DNA of 28,049 nucleotides from a virus (Duplodnaviria; Heunggongvirae; Uroviricota; Caudoviricetes): IMG/VR virus record IMGVR_UViG_2597490083_000007; one strand, 5' to 3'. Shown piece by piece: positions 20,162 to 28,049 of this stretch (position 1 is its first letter; each line of letters starts with the position of its first letter). The notes under the pieces were generated by a model. It saw only the letters and a program-made list of their open reading frames with translations, ran no database searches and was not told where the DNA came from. The position numbers and the translations under genes were made by a program.

Positions 20162-20211
20162 ACTCATCTGACCACCAGCACGTTTAACGTCCTGTGCCAT
20201 TTTTCAGGCAT

Positions 20212-20233
20212 AAAAAAACCGCTCGGCGGCGGG
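20212..20233 (-). terminator. tR'-like intrinsic terminator downstream of the Q-like gene
   Basis: Minus strand GC-rich hairpin (CCGCCGAGCGG) followed by T7; about 70 nt downstream of the Q-like stop and upstream of the tRNAs. The flanking A7/T4 runs make it partly bidirectional. Confidence 0.45.
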
Positions 20234-20299
20234 TTTTGCTTACTTTACCATCGCGTACAAAATCGGCAAAGTATCAGATTTGCATGAGATATATGCCTT

Positions 20300-20989
20300 T
20301 TAATCTACTTTTGCAATACTTTGCTTTGAAAATGCCGCTTTTTGTTCTGAACGTGTTCTCATCACAAACAATAAAGCCTCACTATCCAGTCGGTGAAAAA
20401 TGTGTTTCATTACAACCCAGTGACCAGTAAATGTTTTGGACCAGTTTTTGGTTGTTACTCCCGCCAGTAATGCCAGCTCCTGATATTCATAACCTTCCCC
20501 ACCAAAAAGTTCTGCTTTTACCGCCTGCGCCGCCAGCCAGATTAATTTTTTCAGGCGTTCCTGTGTTTTCTCTGCAATTTTCCTAGTGCCAGAATGAGCC
20601 TTAAACTCTTCCCACGCCCAGTGGGTTATGGTGATCTGATACTCCCAGCAAATACTTCCGCTGTAACACCACAACAACCAGGCTTTATAGTGCTCTTCAA
20701 GAGACAGAACAGCCCGCCGCCACGATGATGTCGAAAACGCAACCTGACTGACCAGAGGAATTGACGCCCCCTTCGCCAGTGATTGTTTTCCCGGGATTGG
20801 TGGATTATCCCGCGTTATCATTTTTCCGGTCACCTCATCGCGGTACCGGATTTTTTTACGCCTGTAACGCCCTGTATCGAACATGGCATTCTCCTGCCAG
20901 GCTTCAAGCTGACCTTTTGTCGCCCCACTCAAATCAGCGGTGGCGATAATGAGCTGCTCACGAACAAACTGTAAATACTGGTTATTCAT
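20300..20989 (-). CDS. Putative late-gene antiterminator (Q-like), assigned mainly by synteny
   Basis: About 229 aa from an ATG with GGAG upstream; ATGA overlap with the rusA stop; sits directly upstream of the terminator/tRNA region where Q sits in lambdoid phages. No Cys4 zinc motif as in lambda Q, so the family assignment is tentative. Confidence 0.45.
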   Translation of the reverse strand: MNNQYLQFVREQLIIATADLSGATKGQLEAWQENAMFDTGRYRRKKIRYRDEVTGKMITRDNPPIPGKQSLAKGASIPLVSQVAFSTSSWRRAVLSLEEHYKAWLLWCYSGSICWEYQITITHWAWEEFKAHSGTRKIAEKTQERLKKLIWLAAQAVKAELFGGEGYEYQELALLAGVTTKNWSKTFTGHWVVMKHIFHRLDSEALLFVMRTRSEQKAAFSKQSIAKVD

Positions 20990-21345
20990 GCACACTCCAG
21001 CTCTGTGATTTTTATCCCCAACCGACCACCAGGAACAGGCAGTCCGCGCACAATATTGGTTTCATCAAACTGCTCGTCGTCGATAAGCAACCCCGCATGT
21101 GTCAGTGCATCCAGTGGTGCTTTCAGGATATTGTCCAGGTCACGACGCCGCTTATCCGGTGGCTCTGCAATAATCTTTATCGCCAGTCTTCCGGACAGGC
21201 TTAATTTCAGTCGCTGCTGACGGACAATAAGCGCCACATCCCGGCGATAACGCTCACCGGCTTTTGATACAAAATATGTGCTGCCACGACGTCGCCAGTA
21301 AGTATTCACCGTCGGCGGATAAGGTAAAATAAACTCATGGCGCAT
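20986..21345 (-). CDS. rusA: Holliday junction resolvase RusA
   Basis: 119 aa; motif ...DKRRRDLDNILKAPLDALTHAGLLIDD... is typical of RusA endonucleases; ATG confirmed. Confidence 0.85.
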   Translation of the reverse strand: MRHEFILPYPPTVNTYWRRRGSTYFVSKAGERYRRDVALIVRQQRLKLSLSGRLAIKIIAEPPDKRRRDLDNILKAPLDALTHAGLLIDDEQFDETNIVRGLPVPGGRLGIKITELECA

Positions 21346-21484
21346 CAGCGCAGCACCTCCTGCACCAGCTTTTCAAACTTTCCGACTCTGGTTTCCAGCT
21401 CTGCCACACAGTCCACCAGCTCATCTACTGCTTTCTGTGCGCGATGCTTCGCCTGCATCAGTTCCCGAAGCGCGGGTACCATAT
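21345..21484 (-). pseudogene. 3' fragment of a phage gene cut by IS600
   Basis: The minus-strand ORF ending at 21345 (stop overlaps the rusA start) runs upstream into the IS600 left end; only the C-terminal ~46 codons are native. Confidence 0.35.
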
Positions 21485-21548
21485 TGAGGTAGCCTGAGTT
21501 TAACGGACACTCCTTCCTGAAATAGAATGGCATCAGAAGGAGCTAATA

Positions 21549-21851
21549 ATGAGCAGAAAAACCCAACGTTACTCTAAAGAGTTCAAAGCCGAAGCTGTCA
21601 GAACGGTTCTTGAAAATCAACTTTCGATCAGTGAAGGCGCTTCCCGATTATCTCTTCCTGAAGGCACTTTAGGACAATGGGTTACCGCCGCCAGAAAAGG
21701 GCTCGGTACTCCTGGTTCCCGCACGGTGGCTGAACTGGAATCTGAAATTCTGCAACTGCGTAAGGCGTTAAATGAAGCTCGCCTTGAGCGAGATATATTA
21801 AAAAAAGCAACAGCGTATTTTGCACAGGAGTCGCTGAAAAATACGCGTTAA
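21549..21851 (+). CDS. IS600-like transposase OrfA (HTH)
   Basis: 100 aa, MSRKTQRYSKEFKAEAVRTV...; an A7G slippery run at 21800-21807 lies near its 3' end. Confidence 0.85.
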   Translation: MSRKTQRYSKEFKAEAVRTVLENQLSISEGASRLSLPEGTLGQWVTAARKGLGTPGSRTVAELESEILQLRKALNEARLERDILKKATAYFAQESLKNTR

Positions 21852-21886
21852 TCGAACAATGGCGACAACAATTTCCCATTGAAGCG

Positions 21887-22705
21887 ATGTGTCAGGTATT
21901 TGGTGTATCCAGGAGCGGTTATTACAACTGGGTACAGCATGAACCCTCAGACAGAAAACAAAGTGATGAGCGGCTAAAACTGGAGATTAAGGTGGCACAT
22001 ATCCGCACTCGCGAAACATATGGAACCCGGCGGCTCCAGACGGAGCTGGCAGAGAATGGCATCATCGTTGGTCGTGACCGACTGGCACGTCTTCGTAAGG
22101 AGCTGAGGCTACGCTGTAAGCAGAAACGCAAGTTCAGAGCGACTACGAACCCGAACCACAATCTGCCAGTTGCGCCAAATCTGCTGAACCAGACGTTCGC
22201 TCCTACAGCACCAAATCAGGTCTGGGTGGCGGACCTGACGTATGTTGCCACACAGGAGGGATGGTTGTACCTCGCTGGCATCAAAGATGTTTATACGTGC
22301 GAAATTGTCGGCTACGCCATGGGAGAGCGCATGACAAAAGAGCTGACAGGTAAAGCCCTGTTTATGGCGCTCAGGAGCCAGCGCCCACCTGCCGGGCTAA
22401 TCCACCACTCTGATCGAGGTTCACAGTACTGCGCATACGATTACCGGGTCATACAGGAGCAGTCTGGTCTGAAAACATCAATGTCGCGTAAAGGTAACTG
22501 TTACGACAACGCTCCGATGGAAAGCTTCTGGGGAACGCTGAAAAATGAGAGCCTGAGCCACTATCGTTTTAATAACCGGGATGAAGCCATCTCAGTAATA
22601 CGGGAATACATTGAGATTTTCTACAATCGTCAGCGTCGTCACTCTCGTCTGGGGAATATCTCCCCGGCAGCCTTCAGGGAAAAATATCATCAGATGGCTG
22701 CTTAA
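21887..22705 (+). CDS. IS600-like transposase OrfB (DDE catalytic domain), expressed as an OrfAB fusion by -1 frameshift
   Basis: 272 aa in the -1 frame relative to OrfA; that frame is open from the A7G motif. Confidence 0.85.
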   Translation: MCQVFGVSRSGYYNWVQHEPSDRKQSDERLKLEIKVAHIRTRETYGTRRLQTELAENGIIVGRDRLARLRKELRLRCKQKRKFRATTNPNHNLPVAPNLLNQTFAPTAPNQVWVADLTYVATQEGWLYLAGIKDVYTCEIVGYAMGERMTKELTGKALFMALRSQRPPAGLIHHSDRGSQYCAYDYRVIQEQSGLKTSMSRKGNCYDNAPMESFWGTLKNESLSHYRFNNRDEAISVIREYIEIFYNRQRRHSRLGNISPAAFREKYHQMAA

Positions 22706-22748
22706 AAAAAGAACAAATGGTAGTGTCCGCTATTGCCAGTACACCTCA

Positions 22749-22958
22749 CAACGCCATCCTGACAAGCGTTTTATCTTCAACGGGAATGAGATATGGAAAC
22801 GTGGAGAATCAACCACAGAGTATACCCGCGCACACCAGCGAACAATCAGACGACTGCGCAGACTCATCGCCAGGAAACAGTATACAGAAAAATGGTTCAG
22901 AAAATATGACACATGGAGCGCCGGATATTACGAACTGATGGCAACAAAACCATTCTGA
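22749..22958 (+). pseudogene. C-terminal remnant (~69 codons) of a gene whose 5' part is missing at the IS600 junction
   Basis: Coding-like reading frame begins exactly at the IS600 right end (...QRHPDKRFIFNGNEIWKRGESTTEYTRAHQRTIRRLRRL...) with no in-frame start codon before the last few residues. Confidence 0.3.
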
Positions 22959-23018
22959 CGTAAACGAAATTAACCATGACGCAATTAAATAAGGCAAGCC
23001 GAATACATCAGGAGGACC

Positions 23019-23225
23019 ATGAACATTTATTTCAGAATAGTTATATCACTGGCAATTATCGCATGTATTTACGGATTAATCGTTCCGGCCCTCATATCAA
23101 TGAAGGATACGGTAGCAGTGATTTCTGGCTTTGCTCTGGCGTGTCTGACCCCGCCCTGCATTTATGCCATTTATAAGGGTCTTTCTTTTTCTAAGGATAA
23201 AAGGGTAATGACTCCAACTTACTGA
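23019..23225 (+). CDS. Small predicted two-helix membrane protein, 3' end disrupted by IS1
   Basis: AGGAGG Shine-Dalgarno 3 nt before the ATG; two hydrophobic segments. Native reading ends ...FSKDKR at 23203; the final six codons (VMTPTY) come from the IS1 terminus. Confidence 0.5.
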   Translation: MNIYFRIVISLAIIACIYGLIVPALISMKDTVAVISGFALACLTPPCIYAIYKGLSFSKDKRVMTPTY

Positions 23226-23722
23226 TAGTGTTTTATGTTCAGATAATGCCCGATGACCTTGTCATGCAGCTCCACCGATTTTGAGAACGACAGTGACTTC
23301 CGTCCCAGCCTTGCCAGATGTTGTCTCAGATTCAGATTATGTCGCTCAATGCGCTGAGTGTAACGCTTGCTGATAACGTGCAGCTTTCCCTTCAGGCGTG
23401 ATTCATACAGCGGCCAGCCATCCGTCATCCATACCACGACCTCAAAGGCCGACAGCAGGCTCAGAAGACGCTCCAGTGTGGCCAGAGTGCGTTCACCGAA
23501 GACGTGCGCCACAACCGTCCTCCGTATCCTGTCATACGCGTAAAACAGCCAGCGCTGACGTGATTTAGCACCGACGTAGCCCCAATGTTCGTCCATTTCA
23601 GCGCAGACAATCACATCACTGCCCGGTTGTATGCGCGAGGTTACCGACTGCGGCCTGAGTTTTTTAAGTGACGTAAAACCGTGTTGAGGCCAACGCCAAT
23701 AAAGCGGGCGGTTGCCCGGCAT
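23219..23722 (-). CDS. insB: IS1 InsB
   Basis: 167 aa; ...[42 protein letters not shown]... Confidence 0.9.
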   Translation of the reverse strand: MPGNRPLYWRWPQHGFTSLKKLRPQSVTSRIQPGSDVIVCAEMDEHWGYVGAKSRQRWLFYAYDRIRRTVVAHVFGERTLATLERLLSLLSAFEVVVWMTDGWPLYESRLKGKLHVISKRYTQRIERHNLNLRQHLARLGRKSLSFSKSVELHDKVIGHYLNIKHYQ

Positions 23723-23916
23723 CCGACGCCATTCATGGCCATATCAATGATTTTCTGGTGCGTACCGGGTTGAGAAGCGGTGTAAGTGAACTGCAGTTGC
23801 CATGTTTTACGGCAGTGAGAGCAGAGATAGCGCTGATGTCCGGCAGTACTTTTACCGTTACGCACAACGCCGTCAGTAGCGGAACAGGAGGGACAGCTGA
23901 TGGAAACAGAAGCCAC
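23641..23916 (-). CDS. insA: IS1 InsA
   Basis: 91 aa; [43 protein letters not shown]... Confidence 0.9.
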   Translation of the reverse strand: MASVSISCPSCSATDGVVRNGKSTAGHQRYLCSHCRKTWQLQFTYTASQPGTHQKIIDMAMNGVGCRATARFIGVGLNTVLRHLKNSGRSR

Positions 23917-23997
23917 TGGAGCACCTCAAAAACACCATCATACACTAAATCAGTAAGTTGGCAGCATTACCTATTCTGTAGAATCTAAGGATAAAAG

Positions 23998-24825
23998 ATG
24001 AAAAAAGTTATTCCTGCTTTAGCCCTTGTTCTGCTGACCACCGGACTTGTCGGTTGCGATCGCGTTGAGCCTGGTAATGTTGGCATCAAGGTAAACAAAC
24101 TGGGCGACGATAAAGGCGTCGGAGAAGTGGTCGGTGTTGGGCGCTACTGGACGGGATGGAACACTGAGGTTTACATCTTCCCGACCTTCAAACAAATGAA
24201 GACCTACGATGAGCCATTCAGCTTCCAGATGAGTGACGGTACAACCATCGGCTATCACATCGGCGTGGCCTACAAAGTTGATCCATCCAAAGTTACCACA
24301 GTCTTTCAGACCTACCGCAAAGGCGTGGACGACATTACCGACACCGACCTGCGCCAGAAGATAGCCGACGCACTCAACCGACTGGCCAGCAAAATGACCA
24401 CCGACAAATTTATCGACGGCGGCAAGTCTGAGCTGCTGGATGCAGCTCTTAAAGACATTCAGGAAGAAATGACGCCCATCGGTATTCAGGTAATGAGCCT
24501 CTCATATGTGGGTAAGCCGGAGTACCCGCCTACTGTTATCGACAGCATTAATGCCAAAGTCACGGCGAACCAGAAAACCCTGCAATGCGAGCAGGAAGTA
24601 AAACAGCGCGAAGCGGAAGCCAACATGTTGCGCGCGGAAGCTGCCGGACAGGCAGATGCGATTCGCACAAAAGCCCAGGCCGAAGCCGATGCTATTCGTT
24701 TACGCGGTGAAGCTCTGCGCCAGAACCCAAACGTTATGGAGCTGGAAGCCATCAACAAGTGGAACGGTACACTGCCGCAATACATGACCAGCGGTGCCAA
24801 CACACCATTTATTCAGGTTAAGTAA
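23998..24825 (+). CDS. SPFH/band-7 (stomatin/prohibitin/HflKC-like) domain lipoprotein
   Basis: 275 aa; signal peptide with lipobox LVGC; C-terminal region ...IGIQVMSLSYVGKPEYPPTVIDSINAKV...AEAAGQADAIRTKAQAEADAIRLRGEALRQNP... shows the SPFH core followed by an Ala/Glu-rich coiled coil; AAGGA Shine-Dalgarno upstream. Confidence 0.75.
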   Translation: MKKVIPALALVLLTTGLVGCDRVEPGNVGIKVNKLGDDKGVGEVVGVGRYWTGWNTEVYIFPTFKQMKTYDEPFSFQMSDGTTIGYHIGVAYKVDPSKVTTVFQTYRKGVDDITDTDLRQKIADALNRLASKMTTDKFIDGGKSELLDAALKDIQEEMTPIGIQVMSLSYVGKPEYPPTVIDSINAKVTANQKTLQCEQEVKQREAEANMLRAEAAGQADAIRTKAQAEADAIRLRGEALRQNPNVMELEAINKWNGTLPQYMTSGANTPFIQVK

Positions 24826-24868
24826 TACATATGCCCGGTATTACACGCCGGGCTGTCTGGAGATAAAA

Positions 24869-25618
24869 ATGAATACTGTAACCATCAACAACAAACAGTT
24901 TCCGGTAATCGAATATCGCGGTCAGCGTGTTGTGACGCTGGCGATGATTGATGAAGTCCACCAGCGACCGGAAGGAACCGCGCGTGCAGCATTCAACCGA
25001 AACCGTGAGCATTTCATCAGCGGTGTGGATTATGCCGAATTAGGTGCGGACGTAATACGTACGGACCTCCCGGAAGGAACATTCTCTAAATTTGCACCAT
25101 CGGGGATTGTACTTTTTGAATCAGGTTACCTGATGTTGACGAAGCCATTCAATGACGCCCTTGCCTGGCAGGTTCAGCGCGAACTGGTTAACAGCTACTT
25201 CCGCACTCGCACACCGCTAACGGAAATCGAGATGATCGCTGCGATAGCCGCCGACGCTGTTCGTCAACAGAAGCGCCTGAATCATGTGGAAGAACAGCTC
25301 GAAACAGTCACAGAAGCGGTGGAAACCATCAAACGCGGAAATATGCGCGCCGGATATGTCGGTTACCGCCAGGTGGTAGCCAAAAGTGGAATGAGTGACA
25401 CCAAGTGTCGGAATCTGGTGAACGCATATCAAATTCCTACAGACACCCACGAATTCATGACTCCGGACGGTCTGTTGTCTCGCAGGGCTATCGTCGAGCT
25501 TGAGCCATTTATGGCGGCGTTCCACCAAATGATGTCAGAGGCTGACCCACGCGGCACACGCTGGTATCACCCGAAGATGGGGCTTTTCCAGGTGATCGGA
25601 TGGGAGGATAAAGCATGA
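24869..25618 (+). CDS. Roi/antirepressor-like protein
   Basis: Start at the ATG with GGAG 8 nt upstream; N-terminus MNTVTINNKQFPVIEYRGQRVVTLAMIDEVHQRPEGTA... has the pattern I associate with phage antirepressor/Roi N-terminal domains (from memory). The stop overlaps the next start (ATGA). Confidence 0.5.
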   Translation: MNTVTINNKQFPVIEYRGQRVVTLAMIDEVHQRPEGTARAAFNRNREHFISGVDYAELGADVIRTDLPEGTFSKFAPSGIVLFESGYLMLTKPFNDALAWQVQRELVNSYFRTRTPLTEIEMIAAIAADAVRQQKRLNHVEEQLETVTEAVETIKRGNMRAGYVGYRQVVAKSGMSDTKCRNLVNAYQIPTDTHEFMTPDGLLSRRAIVELEPFMAAFHQMMSEADPRGTRWYHPKMGLFQVIGWEDKA

Positions 25619-26184
25619 TCATCCAGTCAAAACTTATTCGCGCCGCTCTGGTGTGCGCTGCTAAAAACGACGTTCGTTATTACCTGAACGGTCTTCACAT
25701 CACGCCGAAACATATTGAGGCAACCAATGGTTCCGTGGCACTGCGCATGGCTCACGGCATCCGGACGAAGAAAAACATCATTGTCCAGTTCGAAGGGGGC
25801 GTCCCGGCCAAAGCCGAAACGACAGAGCTGATTTTTAGTAAAGAGCCGATCGCTGTTCATCGCGACCAGTTTCAGCGACGACTGTCCATTACCGGCATTA
25901 AACTGGTGGACGGTTGTTTTCCGGATTTGGATCGCATCATTCCGAAAAAGTTTGACCGCTGTACTCACCCGGTGCTCCAGGCGGGTTACCTGAGTTATCC
26001 AGAGAAGATGTTTGGTCGTGAGCGTAAATTTATTCCCGTCCAGTTACGTCCCTCCGGTGACGGGCAAGCGGTCAGAATTCAGTTTGATTCCATCATCAAC
26101 TCAATGTATGGCAATCCTGAATTTGTTGTGATGCCTTGTCGTGATCATGGCGATTTCAACGTGGCTCAGGAGCATCCGGAATGA
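25615..26184 (+). CDS. Truncated DNA polymerase III beta sliding clamp (DnaN)-like protein
   Basis: 189 aa; local matches to E. coli DnaN read by eye: DVRYYLNG (DnaN ~HQDVRYYLNGM), KLVDGCFPDLDRIIPK (DnaN KLVDGRFPDYRRVLPK) and C-terminal FVVMPCRD (DnaN YVVMPMRL). GGGAGG Shine-Dalgarno upstream; about half the size of DnaN. Confidence 0.55.
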   Translation: MIIQSKLIRAALVCAAKNDVRYYLNGLHITPKHIEATNGSVALRMAHGIRTKKNIIVQFEGGVPAKAETTELIFSKEPIAVHRDQFQRRLSITGIKLVDGCFPDLDRIIPKKFDRCTHPVLQAGYLSYPEKMFGRERKFIPVQLRPSGDGQAVRIQFDSIINSMYGNPEFVVMPCRDHGDFNVAQEHPE

Positions 26185-26303
26185 AAATCGAATACCAGGA
26201 CGCCGCAGGAGGTGAATCAATGAGCTGGCCTGATGCAATCGTAACTCTGGGGATGGTATTCGCAGTAGCGTTTGTTGTGTACTCGATTTGTCGATGGGGA
26301 TAA
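26181..26303 (+). CDS. Small hydrophobic peptide (40 aa, or 27 aa from the internal ATG at 26220)
   Basis: ATGA overlap with the DnaN-like stop; the internal ATG has an AGGAGGTG Shine-Dalgarno; product ...MSWPDAIVTLGMVFAVAFVVYSICRWG has one transmembrane-like segment. Below the 60-aa ORF track cutoff. Confidence 0.4.
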   Translation: MKIEYQDAAGGESMSWPDAIVTLGMVFAVAFVVYSICRWG

Positions 26304-26307
26304 CCAC

Positions 26308-26550
26308 ATGTTCGCTTTGATTCAACGCGGGCAGATATACACAGACAGAGCCGGATACCCAGTAGAAATTACTCGCAGTACTGAGCACTCAGTGTTCTTT
26401 CGGAGGATGGACGGACGTACCGGGCGAGTACGCATCGGTGAATTCAGTAGCCTGTTCGAGCATATTGACCACCTGGAATATCACAAGATTCTGGCTGAAA
26501 CAGAACAAGAAAAGCACCTGAAGAAATTACGCGCAATGCAAAGGAAGTAA
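26308..26550 (+). CDS. Hypothetical phage protein (80 aa)
   Basis: ATG at 26308 chosen within the track ORF (MFALIQRGQIYTDRAGYPVEITR...); same strand, tightly packed. Confidence 0.45.
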   Translation: MFALIQRGQIYTDRAGYPVEITRSTEHSVFFRRMDGRTGRVRIGEFSSLFEHIDHLEYHKILAETEQEKHLKKLRAMQRK

Positions 26551-26553
26551 AAA

Positions 26554-26700
26554 ATGAATAAAGCGTTTGAGCTATGGGTCCACCAGCGTTACGGCAACCA
26601 CTACGACCTGACGCGAGATGTTGACGGTTTCTACTGTCGTGAAATTGTGAAACGAATGTTTGAGGTCTGGTGCCACTGCCGTGGGCTGAGTGTTGTGTGA
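26554..26700 (+). CDS. Hypothetical small protein (48 aa)
   Basis: ATG 4 nt after the previous stop with AAGGAAG upstream; MNKAFELWVHQRYGNHYDLTRDVDGFYCREIVKRMFEVWCHCRGLSVV; below the track cutoff. Confidence 0.4.
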   Translation: MNKAFELWVHQRYGNHYDLTRDVDGFYCREIVKRMFEVWCHCRGLSVV

Positions 26701-26708
26701 GGTAATGC

Positions 26709-26872
26709 ATGGGCAATGTGATTCAACTGGCTCCCAATGAATGGGTTTGTGAAAGCGTTCTAATCGCAATTACCGGGCTCAAACCAGGCACAATTCTTCG
26801 GACCCGGAAAGAATGCTGGATGGTTGGAAGAGAGTATATTCACGTATCACCAGACGGTAATCCAAAGCCTTC
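26709..26872 (+). pseudogene. Small, possibly HTH-type DNA-binding protein, 3' end cut by IS911
   Basis: ATG at 26709; ...SVLIAITGLKPGTILRTRKE... could be a helix-turn-helix. From 26873 the frame reads through the IS911 terminal repeat, giving a non-native tail [10 protein letters not shown]. Confidence 0.35.
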
Positions 26873-26880
26873 TGAAGTGG

Positions 26881-28049
<1,169 letters not shown>

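Larger units (their letters stand above)
21485..22748 (+). mobile_element. IS3-family insertion sequence, IS600-like, 1264 bp
   Basis: Ends TGAGGTAGCCTGAG... and ...CAGTACACCTCA form imperfect inverted repeats; two ORFs with a -1 frameshift arrangement. Flanking 3-bp sequences (TAT / CAA) are not a target duplication. Confidence 0.8.
23204..23971 (-). mobile_element. IS1, 768 bp
   Basis: Termini GGTAATGACTCCAACTTACTGAT and GGTAATGCTGCCAACTTACTGAT; insA and insB inside; exact length 768 bp. Confidence 0.9.

Noticed and set aside
20234-20299. Late promoter call (TTGCCG-16-TAAAGT on the minus strand)
   Set aside because: Hexamers are weak and the predicted start would fall only ~10 nt before the terminator hairpin; not reported as a feature without transcript data.

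Overview
This window reads as a decayed lambdoid prophage in a Shigella-type genome (inferred from an ipaH effector gene plus IS1/IS600/IS911). From left to right: a DinI-like gene (1-249); an IpaH-family LRR/NEL E3 ubiquitin ligase gene (848-2599, + strand) preceded by a near-consensus MxiE box and a C9 homopolymer; then a complete lambda-like tail module on the minus strand (tfa-like, stf, lom, J, I, K, L, M, H, G/G-T with a -1 frameshift site, V, U, Z, FII, FI; about 2.8-17.65 kb). Head, terminase and lysis genes are absent; where they should be sits an IS110-family element whose transposase is frameshifted (17.9-19.1 kb). Next is a tight cluster of four minus-strand tRNA genes (anticodons CAU, UCU, UCC and UGU; 19.8-20.1 kb) downstream of a Q-like gene and rusA. 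An IS600 copy (21485-22748) separates these from a plus-strand accessory operon: a small 2-TM protein (cut by IS1), an SPFH/band-7 lipoprotein, a Roi/antirepressor-like protein, a truncated beta-clamp (DnaN)-like protein, and several small ORFs, the last cut by an IS911 copy that runs off the window end. The most interesting candidates are the small-membrane-protein + SPFH lipoprotein pair and the half-size DnaN-like protein. All identifications rest on reading the translations and motifs by eye; no database search was run.
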